DNA of 64,000 bases from Escherichia phage vB_EfeM_pEP20. The first letter of the stretch is position 1. The number at the start of each line of letters is the position of its first letter. Shown here piece by piece: positions 10,138 through 19,781 of the stretch. The notes beneath the pieces are model-generated. The model saw only the letters and a list, made by a program, of their open reading frames with translations, had not been told where the DNA came from and searched no databases. The position numbers and the translations under genes are program-made. The stretch lies in the sequence record OQ743992; one strand, 5' to 3'.

Positions 10138-10324
10138 CTCTTCGTTGCAGTTCTGCCTTCAATCCATTTTCAATCTTGTCCAGTTCATGAATCTCATCTG
10201 CAATCTCTTTCCTTCGTGATTCAACTCTCTTAAGACGTTCAATCATTACCTCATTGGAAAGAGATGAGAGTTCCACTAAACGATGGTCAATAACCTTAAA
10301 ATTATCTTTTACTCTCATCTTCAT
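10124..10324 (-). CDS. hypothetical protein (66 aa)
   Basis: Track ORF, coiled-coil-like. Confidence 0.4.
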   Translation of the reverse strand: MKMRVKDNFKVIDHRLVELSSLSNEVMIERLKRVESRRKEIADEIHELDKIENGLKAELQRRGANV

Positions 10325-10332
10325 TCTCTCTT

Positions 10333-11076
10333 TTAAATTTTCAGGATAGCTCTTAGCTTACTTTCAAGGTCTGCAAGAGTACCATTATTATGGATAATGT
10401 CACGCGCATATTTGGTAGAAATTCCATTTTCTGAAACATGTGATGAAACCTTGTCCACATTGTCTCTTTTTACTTCAATAGTCTGGTGTGCAAATCTACT
10501 CAGCCACTCAGCTTCAGAGTCAAACCTTAAGTCACTGATTAAAACAACACCCTCTTGATTCATAAGTGAACAAGATTCAAAGAAGCGAGCCATTCGTTTT
10601 TCAAGGTCTTTAGCCCAGAATTTGTCACCCATAACTTTACGGATAACTTCGGTGCCCCAAATCTGTTGAATCTGTCTTGATGAGAATTTATACTTTTTAC
10701 TAAATCCAAGACGTGTTAATATGGTAGGTTTAGCAACCTTCTTCAGTTCCATAATTAATCGTCCTGTTAACTCTGACATAAGTTTGAAGTCCGTATGGTA
10801 ACGTTCGCCTCTGAAGGTAAACTCCATAGCTTCTGTAACTTTGAACAGGAGTTCAGAGTATGATAAATCAAAAACCTGTGGAATCTCTTTAGTTTCACCG
10901 TACAGGTCATTCCAAGTCAGGTCAAATATCTTTGATGCAGAGAGTTTAAGATTATCTGCATAGGCCATCACTTCAACATTGTAGCCGTACTCATCCTCTA
11001 AGATGTTCTTCACAATAGAACATGAAGTGTCTTTTCCAGAACGTGCCTTTCCAGTAAATGCAATAATATTACTCAT
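10333..11076 (-). CDS. deoxynucleoside monophosphate kinase (T4 gp1-like, putative)
   Basis: 247 aa; P-loop FTGKARSGKDT at N-terminus and overall layout resembling phage dNMP kinases (recalled). Confidence 0.65.
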   Translation of the reverse strand: MSNIIAFTGKARSGKDTSCSIVKNILEDEYGYNVEVMAYADNLKLSASKIFDLTWNDLYGETKEIPQVFDLSYSELLFKVTEAMEFTFRGERYHTDFKLMSELTGRLIMELKKVAKPTILTRLGFSKKYKFSSRQIQQIWGTEVIRKVMGDKFWAKDLEKRMARFFESCSLMNQEGVVLISDLRFDSEAEWLSRFAHQTIEVKRDNVDKVSSHVSENGISTKYARDIIHNNGTLADLESKLRAILKI

Positions 11077-11095
11077 TCTATCTCCCTTAATTACT

Positions 11096-11120
11096 AAAAA
11101 GCCCCCAACTAAGGAGGCTT
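11096..11120 (-). terminator. rho-independent terminator candidate (minus strand)
   Basis: Imperfect hairpin GCCCCC-AACTAA-GGAGGC, followed on the minus strand by TTTTT. Confidence 0.35.
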
Positions 11121-11137
11121 GTAAGATTTATAAAGAC

Positions 11138-11950
11138 TTAGTGCAGTTGGTCACTAGTAATCTGTGATTGCTCTTTTTCAGCCATAGCTGAGACTTGCTT
11201 CACAAAATCGTCACCAAAGTTAATGCGCAGTTTTTCTTCAATGATTGAAGCGCCAATGTTTACCAAAACATCATTGATTGCTTGCATACTGACACCACCA
11301 GTCATCTCCTCAACGAACTCAATGGTTACCCCCAACATCTGAGAAAGTTGGATTAGTGCAACGATATTCATCATTGTAGAGATAGCTGGAATCATCAGAG
11401 CAACCTTCACCTGTAGCGGTTCTACATCAGCTACAGAGTCATCTTTCACAGCTTCTGCTAAAGAGTCTTTAGTTTGCTGGATAATCTCTTTGATTCGTGG
11501 GTTTAACTCTTCTACACCCCAATCAAGTTTTTCATATCGTGACAGCTTCTCTTCCATTCGCTTCTCAAGAGCAGCCATAACAGCACTTGTTGACGAAATT
11601 AACAGGTCAACTAGCTCATCATAACCTAAGAGCAGTAGTGAGTCTTTTTCTTCAGAGGTCATGGCAATATAGTCATTTTTCTGCATCTCATAGAAAATGA
11701 ACTCTGCAAGAGCATCAACACCTACAACGATAGATGCTAAAGCAAGTGTTTTATCACACAGCATCATATTAACCTGTTCTGCAAAAGCACCGTTATCAGA
11801 CTTGTCTTTAGGCAAGTTATAGCTTGCAGGCATAAACTGTTCTGTGTAGTTGTTTCCACGAAGAATCATAGCCATGCTTTCTACGGCATTGATTAAGAAT
11901 GCTTCGCCAATACCTTTTTCTTCAAGCATCTGGTCTACAGTAGTGTTCAT
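11138..11950 (-). CDS. hypothetical protein (270 aa)
   Basis: Track ORF. Confidence 0.5.
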   Translation of the reverse strand: MNTTVDQMLEEKGIGEAFLINAVESMAMILRGNNYTEQFMPASYNLPKDKSDNGAFAEQVNMMLCDKTLALASIVVGVDALAEFIFYEMQKNDYIAMTSEEKDSLLLLGYDELVDLLISSTSAVMAALEKRMEEKLSRYEKLDWGVEELNPRIKEIIQQTKDSLAEAVKDDSVADVEPLQVKVALMIPAISTMMNIVALIQLSQMLGVTIEFVEEMTGGVSMQAINDVLVNIGASIIEEKLRINFGDDFVKQVSAMAEKEQSQITSDQLH

Positions 11951-11951
11951 A

Positions 11952-12374
11952 TTATTTCTCTCTCAGTTGGTTAAGTTTCTTTCTAGAACATTTTAAGTTT
12001 TCGGATGAAGAAAAGTCAAGTGTCTTTTCAGAACGTGGATAGTAATGTCTATCCCAAGAAGTTTCAACATCATTAATCAGTGACGCTAGATTACACAGGT
12101 CTGTACCACTTTGCAACCTCTTTTTAAGAGAATCTAGTAAAGCAACCGTGTCTTTAGCTTTACGTCTAGCTGTAGCAACATCTTTCATATGCTCAAATAC
12201 AGAGCATTTTAAGTCATCTTCGTAGTCTTCAGACAACTCTATTTCATGTTGTATATCAACCATTCTCCTGTGATGGTGAGCATATTCCCGTTGAGCAGCA
12301 ATGTCAAGTTCTTCCAACTTCTGCAAAGCCCTAACAAAGTCAGCTATGTCTGGGTGAACAAACATTTTCTGCAT
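11952..12374 (-). CDS. hypothetical protein (140 aa)
   Basis: Track ORF; first gene of the leftward block. Confidence 0.5.
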   Translation of the reverse strand: MQKMFVHPDIADFVRALQKLEELDIAAQREYAHHHRRMVDIQHEIELSEDYEDDLKCSVFEHMKDVATARRKAKDTVALLDSLKKRLQSGTDLCNLASLINDVETSWDRHYYPRSEKTLDFSSSENLKCSRKKLNQLREK

Positions 12375-12550
12375 GTAAGCCTCTTTTAAGTAACTATTAA
12401 GTTTTAATCTTTTATCTTAACGTATTCTATACGTTATACTTTAAAGCTTTTTAAAAGCTATTAAATAATCTTTTAAGAGTTTTAAAGTATCTGTATAGTT
12501 AAACTGTTAAGTAACCTTTTAAGTAAAAACCCACTTCGCAAAGATTAACA

Positions 12551-12572
12551 CCTTGTCAAGTACATTGTCAAC
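12551..12572. promoter_or_regulatory. conserved 22-mer CCTTGTCAAGTACATTGTCAAC (first copy) in divergent intergenic region upstream of DNA polymerase
   Basis: Tandem TTGTCAA half-sites 12 bp apart; TATAAT at 12581-12586. Confidence 0.45.
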
Positions 12573-12631
12573 TTGCTTTTTATAATTTTTTGCAGTAATG
12601 TATGAGGTTAATGATTTTAGAGGGAGTAAAA

Positions 12632-14815
12632 ATGGAAAACGTAGATTTTAAAAACTTACATTTAGTTGGTGATACAGAAACTGATGGTTTACTCCTTGAG
12701 TTCACTAAAGTACACGTAATGGCTTTCGCAGACTATAAATCTGACGATGAAGAGCCACCTGTATGGGTCTTTACAGATGAGCCTATCCTCGGTCACAAGT
12801 ATACCAAGTACATTAAGGGTGGTTTGCGTGAAGGTGTTGAGTTTGCGTTAAAGGCAAAACGGCTTTGCATCCATAATGGTCTGGGTTATGACTGGTGGGT
12901 TTTCAATCACATTGCACCTGATTTATGGAACTTTGATAATCCAAAGTGTAAGCCGTGGAGTAATTTCTTTCAGGATTCTCTTATCCAGTCTCGTGTTCAG
13001 TGGATGGATAGACCAACTCCAAAAGGCTATAAAGGTGCTCATGGCTTGGCAGCGTGGGGTGCTCGTGTTGGTGTTCGTAAACCAGAGATTGAACATTGGG
13101 GTGTGTGGAATGCAGAAATCTTCACTCGTGTTGTAGAAGATATCCGTATTAACGCCAAAACTAAACGTGCACTGGATAATGAATATCTCAAACTTAAGAA
13201 GTGTGGTATAGACACTTATGAAACCTATATGAGAGCTAAAGAAACATCTTTCTGGATGAGTCAACAAGCTATCAATGGTTGGAAAGCTGATAAAGAGCTT
13301 ATGGAGTTCCATGTAAAGGAACTTGACAAGTTGACTAATGAGCTTGCTTCAGAAGTTGAACCACATCTTCCTCCAACTATTAAGACCAAAGGTAAAGTCA
13401 CTGGAGAAGAGTTTGCAAAAGCTTGGAATGAATATGTTGAAACATTCGGTCATGCAGATGGACTGAAGAGAATTACAAAGTACCCTAAGACGAAGTATCG
13501 CCAACAGGTACGTAACGGTGAGATGCAGACATACGAAATCAAGCCATTTGGGAAGCCAACTACAAAGATTTTTAACATTGAAAAGCGGAATTGCTATACA
13601 CCAACCAACTCCGTAACTGGTGAAGAGTACAAGGAAGGTTTTGTAGCAATGAAGGATGCTCGTGCAATTTGCAATGAGTTGAATGCAAAGATTGGTAAGA
13701 AGTGCAAAGACTGGAAGCCAGTAAAAACAGTTAAAACTGTGAAGTACTATAACAGCCATGTTGTTAACCACTTTGAACTTGAGTCAAGTCGCTACACAGG
13801 TTTGATTGATGCACCATATACACCAATTGAGTTCGAAGTTTCTCGTATGACTCAGGTAGCAGTTGTTAAAGACTACTTGAAATCAGTTGGTTGGATTCCA
13901 GATGACTGGAACTACAAGAAAGACTCAGATGGTCGTCCTGTTAAGGTTTGTCGCTTCAAAGACAACAAAAAGATGATTACAAAACATCCTAAGTGGGATG
14001 AGATGGTGGAACGGTGTGGTTTGAGTTATGTTGAACACGAAGGTGTCCAGTACATTGAACATAACTGGTCTGTTAAGAAGTACACAGATTTGCTTGAGCC
14101 TTGCTTAATCCGTACTTCACCAAAACTTACTGAATCATCTTATGACACGATTGAAGGTGAGCTTGGACAGAAGATTGCGAAATACTATACTTTGATGCAC
14201 CGACGTAGAACTATTGAGAACTCAAAAGATGATGAAAAAGGTTGGTTGAACCAGATTCGTCCTGATGGTCGCCTTAGTGCTGGTGCAATGGTGTTTGGTA
14301 CTTCAACTGGACGTATGACACAATATGGTATTGTAAACGTGCCGTCTGGTGCTGCTGTCTATGGAGCACCTATGAGGGAGGTCTGGACTTGTGAAGAAGG
14401 TACTAATATTGTTTCAGCCGACATGAATAGCGCCCAACTTGTGCTACTGTGTAACTTTATGGGCGATAAAGATTTCACTAAAGCGGTGACAGAGGGTAAA
14501 GAAGAGGTTGAATTTGTCAAACAAGAGGATGGTAGATACTATTGCAAACATTTTGACCAGTATCTAAACCCAGCTATTGACAAGTATTTACATTATGATT
14601 CTGAAAATGACTTATACGTGGTGTACTCAGGGACTGATGCACACACTTTGAATAGTATCTACTTCAGTCTTAATAAAGAGGAAGACATCTTGACATGTCG
14701 AGCTACTCAGGATACAAGTCTTCTTCAAGAAATTAGTAAAGGTCGTAAGAAAGCCAAAAATGGCATCTATGCGTCAGTGGCGCATGTAAAACGTTGTGAA
14801 TTGCTGGAAGCCTAA
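12632..14815 (+). CDS. DNA polymerase (family A), N-terminal segment: 3'-5' exonuclease domain and polymerase domain up to the O-helix
   Basis: ATG at 12632 preceded by AGGGAG. Exo motifs (LVGDTETDGL, HNGLGYDWW). Ends in RKKAKNGIYA, the first half of the PolA O-helix; the reading frame then runs into a stop. Confidence 0.8.
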   Translation: MENVDFKNLHLVGDTETDGLLLEFTKVHVMAFADYKSDDEEPPVWVFTDEPILGHKYTKYIKGGLREGVEFALKAKRLCIHNGLGYDWWVFNHIAPDLWNFDNPKCKPWSNFFQDSLIQSRVQWMDRPTPKGYKGAHGLAAWGARVGVRKPEIEHWGVWNAEIFTRVVEDIRINAKTKRALDNEYLKLKKCGIDTYETYMRAKETSFWMSQQAINGWKADKELMEFHVKELDKLTNELASEVEPHLPPTIKTKGKVTGEEFAKAWNEYVETFGHADGLKRITKYPKTKYRQQVRNGEMQTYEIKPFGKPTTKIFNIEKRNCYTPTNSVTGEEYKEGFVAMKDARAICNELNAKIGKKCKDWKPVKTVKTVKYYNSHVVNHFELESSRYTGLIDAPYTPIEFEVSRMTQVAVVKDYLKSVGWIPDDWNYKKDSDGRPVKVCRFKDNKKMITKHPKWDEMVERCGLSYVEHEGVQYIEHNWSVKKYTDLLEPCLIRTSPKLTESSYDTIEGELGQKIAKYYTLMHRRRTIENSKDDEKGWLNQIRPDGRLSAGAMVFGTSTGRMTQYGIVNVPSGAAVYGAPMREVWTCEEGTNIVSADMNSAQLVLLCNFMGDKDFTKAVTEGKEEVEFVKQEDGRYYCKHFDQYLNPAIDKYLHYDSENDLYVVYSGTDAHTLNSIYFSLNKEEDILTCRATQDTSLLQEISKGRKKAKNGIYASVAHVKRCELLEA

Positions 14816-15575
14816 GTCTGTAAAGATATGGTAATCAGCAGCGAAGTCTCTGTTAGGACTCCTAAAACAAAGGAGAGAGACAATGGCAGGTTACGAAGAG
14901 AGATTATGCACTGAGTGTGGTACGGAGTTTAAACCATATCAATACAATCAGAAACGGTGCAGAAGTTGTGTATTAAAGTTTGACAGAAGGGCAGAACACA
15001 GGGTTCTTACTAAGAAATGCCCTAGTTGTGAGAAGGTGTTCATGCCGAGAACAGCAAGGCAAGTTTATTGTTCGTCACATTGCGGTGAGAAAGGTAGAGT
15101 TAAGAATTACTACCTAAGAACATATGGATTGGAAAGAGGAGAGGTTGAGGCTCTACTCCGTGACTGTGATTACAAATGTCAAATTTGTGGCGGTGAAGGT
15201 TTTATCATGAATGGTTCACGACACAAGGCTAAACTTGTTGTTGACCATGACCATAAAACCGGAAAGGTAAGAGGTATGTTATGCCACAATTGCAACAGAG
15301 CTTTGGGGTTGCTTGCAGATAGTGTTGATAACATGCAAAGAGCAATTGACTATCTAAGCAAATGATATAACTATAGAGATTCCTAACAGAGAAACGTTCA
15401 GAGACTATCGAAAAGCATACTTAACGTATGAACTGAGTAGAGTAGGGTGGTAAGCTAATGACCATTCCCAAGTGCAACGGTAGTATTACTACTACGTGAT
15501 ATAGTCCGACACTCCGTAGAAATGCGGAGAAGTTCATAAGAGAACTGGTACACCTTGCGAGTGTATTGACCAGAT
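14774..15575 (+). mobile_element. intervening sequence in the DNA polymerase gene carrying an HNH endonuclease ORF; probable self-splicing group I intron (boundaries approximate)
   Basis: O-helix is split: exon 1 ends ...KNGIYA, exon 2 resumes VLFGAGDEKFAK. The second part has no RBS or ATG. The inserted ORF has its own RBS. Confidence 0.55.
14883..15365 (+). CDS. HNH homing endonuclease
   Basis: 160 aa; cysteine-rich N-terminus and the HNH core VVDHDHKTGKVRGMLCHNCNRALG; RBS AAAGGAGAGAGA upstream. Confidence 0.8.
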   Translation: MAGYEERLCTECGTEFKPYQYNQKRCRSCVLKFDRRAEHRVLTKKCPSCEKVFMPRTARQVYCSSHCGEKGRVKNYYLRTYGLERGEVEALLRDCDYKCQICGGEGFIMNGSRHKAKLVVDHDHKTGKVRGMLCHNCNRALGLLADSVDNMQRAIDYLSK

Positions 15576-16133
15576 GTATTGTTCGGTGCAGGTGATGAGA
15601 AGTTTGCTAAGACGATTAAAGCATCTACAACTGAGGAAGGTGCTTTAACTAAGCAAACATACTTTGTACGTCTCCCTAAAATTAAGAAGCTGCTGGATAA
15701 TTTAGAAGCAGACTTCAAAGCCACTAAGAAGGCTCTTGAAGAGGTATTTGGTAAGACTGCCGCAATCTCTAAAGGGGGTTTTGTAAAGGTTGCTGGAGCT
15801 TGGTTGTGGTGTAAATCTCCACATAAGTTATTGAATTATTTGCTTATGGGTTCTGAAAGTCAGGTTCAGAATGAAGCCATCAACCTTGCTTGTAGAAGAA
15901 CTTGTGAAGAGGGTCTTACAAAGTTGAATGGTCGAAAACCAGCTATTGGCGCTAGATTGCTTTTAGCATATCACGATGAGAATAGTTGGGAGTGCCCAGA
16001 AGACATGACGCAGGATGTTAAAGCAGTAATTGACTGGATGTATGGTCAAGCGTCAAGAAATTTAGGGCTTAAGAAAGAAACGCTTGTTACGGGCACTGGT
16101 AAGGTTGGTAAAAGCTGGCTTGAAGTACACTAA
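15576..16133 (+). CDS. DNA polymerase (family A), C-terminal segment (second half of O-helix to motif C)
   Basis: Frame opens after a stop at 15567-15569 with VLFGAGDEKFAKTI and includes the motif C-like LLAYHDE; the track start at 15579 is a non-ATG codon. Confidence 0.75.
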   Translation, partial: VLFGAGDEKFAKTIKASTTEEGALTKQTYFVRLPKIKKLLDNLEADFKATKKALEEVFGKTAAISKGGFVKVAGAWLWCKSPHKLLNYLLMGSESQVQNEAINLACRRTCEEGLTKLNGRKPAIGARLLLAYHDENSWECPEDMTQDVKAVIDWMYGQASRNLGLKKETLVTGTGKVGKSWLEVH

Positions 16134-16194
16134 TTAGTATTGACAAGGTGCTCATGGAAGAGTACCTTATACAATATCTTGTATAGGAGGACAT

Positions 16195-16413
16195 ATGACA
16201 CTTTCAGAGATTGAAGTTCAGTTGCAATGTGCAGGTTATTCTCAAAAAGAGATTGAAGGGATGTTTATTGTTCTTTGCAGTAGCTGTAGGAATTTGAAGG
16301 TAAACCCTGAAGTTCTACGTAGAGTAGATATCTTTATTGCTGGAGGTAAAATCGCAAAAGATAAGACAGGCTACTTAAAAGGTGAGCGTGTAAATATTGA
16401 GAGTTTACTATGA
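16195..16413 (+). CDS. hypothetical small protein (72 aa), paralog of 16616-16828
   Basis: RBS AGGAGG then ATG; shares the C-terminal GKIAKDKTGYLKGERVNIE motif with the downstream paralog. Confidence 0.5.
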   Translation: MTLSEIEVQLQCAGYSQKEIEGMFIVLCSSCRNLKVNPEVLRRVDIFIAGGKIAKDKTGYLKGERVNIESLL

Positions 16414-16619
16414 GCCACCGTGGAAGAACCCATGCAGCAATGATGAAAGGTGCTTCAAAGGAAACTATCAAGAACCGTAAGCAGAAGTTGTTTGAGAGAA
16501 TGAACAGGCTAATTGACAATTCATCTCTTTCAGGTTCTGAGAAGGTTTTCTTGAAAGGTAATCTGAAAAGCATTGCACAAGAACTTATTGATATTGAATA
16601 TTGGAGACATCAAAAATGA
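16410..16619 (+). CDS. hypothetical protein (69 aa)
   Basis: Track ORF with ATGA overlap to the upstream gene. Confidence 0.45.
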   Translation: MSHRGRTHAAMMKGASKETIKNRKQKLFERMNRLIDNSSLSGSEKVFLKGNLKSIAQELIDIEYWRHQK

Positions 16620-16828
16620 CACTTGCAGACGTTATTCAGCAACTTCACGATAATTGCTACACTCCAGAGTTGATTCAAGAGATGCTTATTGTGGTGATGC
16701 CTAGTAAGTTCGTAAAAGGTTTTAATAGTGAATCTTTAAAGTCTGCGCATATCCTTATTGTTGACGGTAAGATTGCAAGAGACCGCACAGGAGTCCTTAA
16801 GGGTGAACGTATCAGTATTGACCTCTGA
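16616..16828 (+). CDS. hypothetical small protein (70 aa), paralog of 16195-16413
   Basis: ATG at 16616 after GGAGA; C-terminus GKIARDRTGVLKGERISID matches the paralog. Confidence 0.5.
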   Translation: MTLADVIQQLHDNCYTPELIQEMLIVVMPSKFVKGFNSESLKSAHILIVDGKIARDRTGVLKGERISIDL

Positions 16829-16845
16829 GTATTGGGAACACCAAA

Positions 16846-17001
16846 ATGAAACGCAAAGTAAAATTATTTAGTTTATATGGGAGAGTCGGTAAAGGTTTTG
16901 ATTGGCAACTGCTACGCTCAGATGTTAAAAGCAACGAATTAGCACAACTCATCATAAACTACCGGCGTACATACAGAGAAGTAGAACATCGTGAACAATA
17001 A
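16846..17001 (+). CDS. small basic hypothetical protein (51 aa)
   Basis: Hand-found ORF MKRKVKLFSLYGRVGKGF... below the track cut-off. Confidence 0.3.
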   Translation: MKRKVKLFSLYGRVGKGFDWQLLRSDVKSNELAQLIINYRRTYREVEHREQ

Positions 17002-17016
17002 AACAGGAGATGTGTT

Positions 17017-17253
17017 ATGTGGAAAGCAGTAATTACACTTGGTGTTATTTTTCTAACTGGCTGCAACCCTTCTTATGAAGATAAGAATGCTTCTTATAGC
17101 CTCCCACCAGAAATGCAAGATTGTAAGGTCTATAAGTTACATGGTGATGCCATAAGCAGAGATATTGTTGTTGTCAGATGTCCAAACTCTCAAACAACAA
17201 CATCTTATAGCTATGGCAAAAATGGTCAATCACACACTACTGTTATTGAGTGA
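17017..17253 (+). CDS. putative lipoprotein (78 aa)
   Basis: Signal peptide with lipobox (VIFLTGC); RBS AGGAGA upstream. Confidence 0.5.
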   Translation: MWKAVITLGVIFLTGCNPSYEDKNASYSLPPEMQDCKVYKLHGDAISRDIVVVRCPNSQTTTSYSYGKNGQSHTTVIE

Positions 17254-17263
17254 GGTTTTCAAG

Positions 17264-17470
17264 ATGGAAGTCCTAGTAAACTATATCTATTGTTATGATG
17301 TTGTTCACTCCACTACAACCGTAGCTCAACGTAATCCAATCGTCCCACGAGAAGGTGAGTTGGTTCGCATCGAGGGTTGGACTTACACTGTGGGAAGCAT
17401 CATTCATAAGTTTGATGTTGCTGGTGATGTTCAAGTTATCGACGTAGAGATTGGTGGTAAGAGAAAATGA
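17264..17470 (+). CDS. hypothetical protein (68 aa)
   Basis: ATG at 17264 chosen over the overlapping longer track ORF (17165). Confidence 0.45.
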   Translation: MEVLVNYIYCYDVVHSTTTVAQRNPIVPREGELVRIEGWTYTVGSIIHKFDVAGDVQVIDVEIGGKRK

Positions 17471-17658
17471 ACAAAGAAGACAAGCATAAAAATGCTGTAC
17501 GAACTCCTGATGGAAAGGTTCAATCCTTCATCCTGACAGTTGGTGGAAAGCCGTTTCGTTGCCACTGCGGAGCAAACTGTTTTCATAAACCAGATAAAAA
17601 TGACTTAGAGCTTTACGCATGTAATGCTTGCAATACTTGGTATCACTCAGAGGAATAA
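17467..17658 (+). CDS. hypothetical cysteine-rich (zinc-finger-like) protein
   Basis: 63 aa with CHCGANC...CNAC cysteine pairs. Confidence 0.45.
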   Translation: MNKEDKHKNAVRTPDGKVQSFILTVGGKPFRCHCGANCFHKPDKNDLELYACNACNTWYHSEE

Positions 17659-17659
17659 A

Positions 17660-18763
17660 ATGACAATACTGTACAAACAAAATAAAGACGGCTCTTTTAA
17701 CGTCTGGTCATGCGTTGCTGTAGGTGACAAAGTTATTACAACCTACGGTAAAGAAAATGGCAAGATGATGTTTGAAGAGTACACAGTAGAACCGAAAAAC
17801 ATCGGTAAAAAGAATGAGCGTAACGCTGAACAGCAAGCTCTCTTTGAAGTTGCTGCTAAGTATAAAAAGCAAGTTGACCGCAAAGGCTATGCTTACACAA
17901 AAGAGTCTGCACAGAATACTGAGAAGGTAGGTGTGCAGCTTGCTCATGATGCTGCAAAGGTTAGTCATGCAAAGTATTTGAAATTCCCTGCTGATGCTCA
18001 ACCGAAGCTTGATGGTGTCCGTTGTAGGATTTCGAGGCACTTAAGCATTGGTAGTGTATTTACAGCATACTCTCGTGAGAATACTGTTTATAAAATCCCT
18101 ACTGAACTAATACCTGACATTATGGCAATGTTAAGGCTCCACAAAGATGTTGATGAATTTGATGGAGAGATTTATGCTCATGGGTGGGACTTAGAAGATA
18201 TCGTCTCCATGATTAAAAATGAAGACAATCCTGACAGACACTTGCTCAAGTTTTACTGGTACGATATCTGTGACAGTACTAAGACGTGGCCTGAGCGTAG
18301 AGATATTATTGAGACTTCACCACTGAATGACTTTAGAGACGGCTGTAAAGTTGTTCCTGTTAAGTCTCGTCGTGTAAATTCTTGGGAAGAGTTTGATGAA
18401 GCTCATGATAAGTGGGTTGAAGCCAAGTTTGAAGGTGCAATGTACCGTTCAATCTCTGAAGACTCCTTCTATGAGTGTTGTCACCGTTCATACTTCTTGA
18501 TTAAGCACAAGAAGATGCACACTGAAGAGTTTAAAGTGACTGGTGTAAAGACTGATAAGCGTGGTCATGGCAAGTTCGTTGTAGAGACTCTTCCTAACGT
18601 CTTTGTAGATGTCTCATGGAAGACTACTCATGAGAAGAAACAGTATCTTGCTGAACATCCTGAAGAGTTTATCGGGAAACCTTTGACGGTTCAGTTCCAG
18701 AAGATGACTCGTAAAGGTTCTTTACAGTTCCCTGTTGGCCTCGTTATACGAGATTATGAATAA
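17660..18763 (+). CDS. ATP-dependent DNA ligase (putative)
   Basis: ATG at 17660 after GAGGAA; contains KLDGVR, matching the ligase adenylation motif KxDGxR; about 367 aa like small phage ligases. Confidence 0.65.
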   Translation: MTILYKQNKDGSFNVWSCVAVGDKVITTYGKENGKMMFEEYTVEPKNIGKKNERNAEQQALFEVAAKYKKQVDRKGYAYTKESAQNTEKVGVQLAHDAAKVSHAKYLKFPADAQPKLDGVRCRISRHLSIGSVFTAYSRENTVYKIPTELIPDIMAMLRLHKDVDEFDGEIYAHGWDLEDIVSMIKNEDNPDRHLLKFYWYDICDSTKTWPERRDIIETSPLNDFRDGCKVVPVKSRRVNSWEEFDEAHDKWVEAKFEGAMYRSISEDSFYECCHRSYFLIKHKKMHTEEFKVTGVKTDKRGHGKFVVETLPNVFVDVSWKTTHEKKQYLAEHPEEFIGKPLTVQFQKMTRKGSLQFPVGLVIRDYE

Positions 18764-18769
18764 AAGTTG

Positions 18770-18797
18770 TTGACATAGAAAATTTGGTGAGTATACT
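18770..18797 (+). promoter_or_regulatory. sigma70-like promoter candidate
   Basis: TTGACA (18770-18775), 16-nt spacer, TATACT (18792-18797), just downstream of the ligase stop. Confidence 0.45.
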
Positions 18798-18839
18798 GAG
18801 CAGCATAAACCAACTGGTACTCACCAGCATCACTTAAGA

Positions 18840-19140
18840 ATCTTTAAGAGGGGTTTTTAAGTGAGGTATGGTAAGGCGCGGTGAGGTCAGGTAATGTGAT
18901 GTTTGGTTTGGTGCGGTGATGTGCTGTCCGGTAATGTCCGGTGCGGTAAGGTATGGGTAGTTAGTCTCAGCTACATTAAAATGAAACTTACCTTTTTAAA
19001 AGGTCTTTAAGAGGGTTTTTTAATAAGGTCTGGTGTAGTAGGGTTGGGCATGGTATAGTCCGGTGTGGTGTGGCACGGTATGGGTGGATGGTAGTAGCCA
19101 CGTTAAAAATCTACCAAGTTTCTAAAGAGTCTTCTGTTGA
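18840..19140. repeat. GGT-periodic repeat block R1 with conserved flanking modules
   Basis: About 300 bp non-coding with GG spaced every 6-8 nt and conserved modules (AAGGTCTTTAAGAGGGTTTTT header, GGTATGGGTAGTTAGTCTCAGCTACATTAAAATGA tail) shared with R2. Confidence 0.6.
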
Positions 19141-19173
19141 GGGTTCTTTACAAACAACTTAACAATCAACTAA

Positions 19174-19779
<606 letters not shown>

Positions 19780-19781
19780 TT

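Noticed and set aside
12602-12631. Upstream alternative start for the DNA polymerase (track start 12602)
   Set aside because: The ATG at 12632 is directly preceded by an AGGGAG Shine-Dalgarno sequence, while 12602 has none; the shorter start was preferred.
14883-15365. Intein as the nature of the polymerase insertion
   Set aside because: The insertion contains in-frame stops and the endonuclease ORF has its own RBS in a different frame, which fits an intron or a gene split rather than a protein-level intein.
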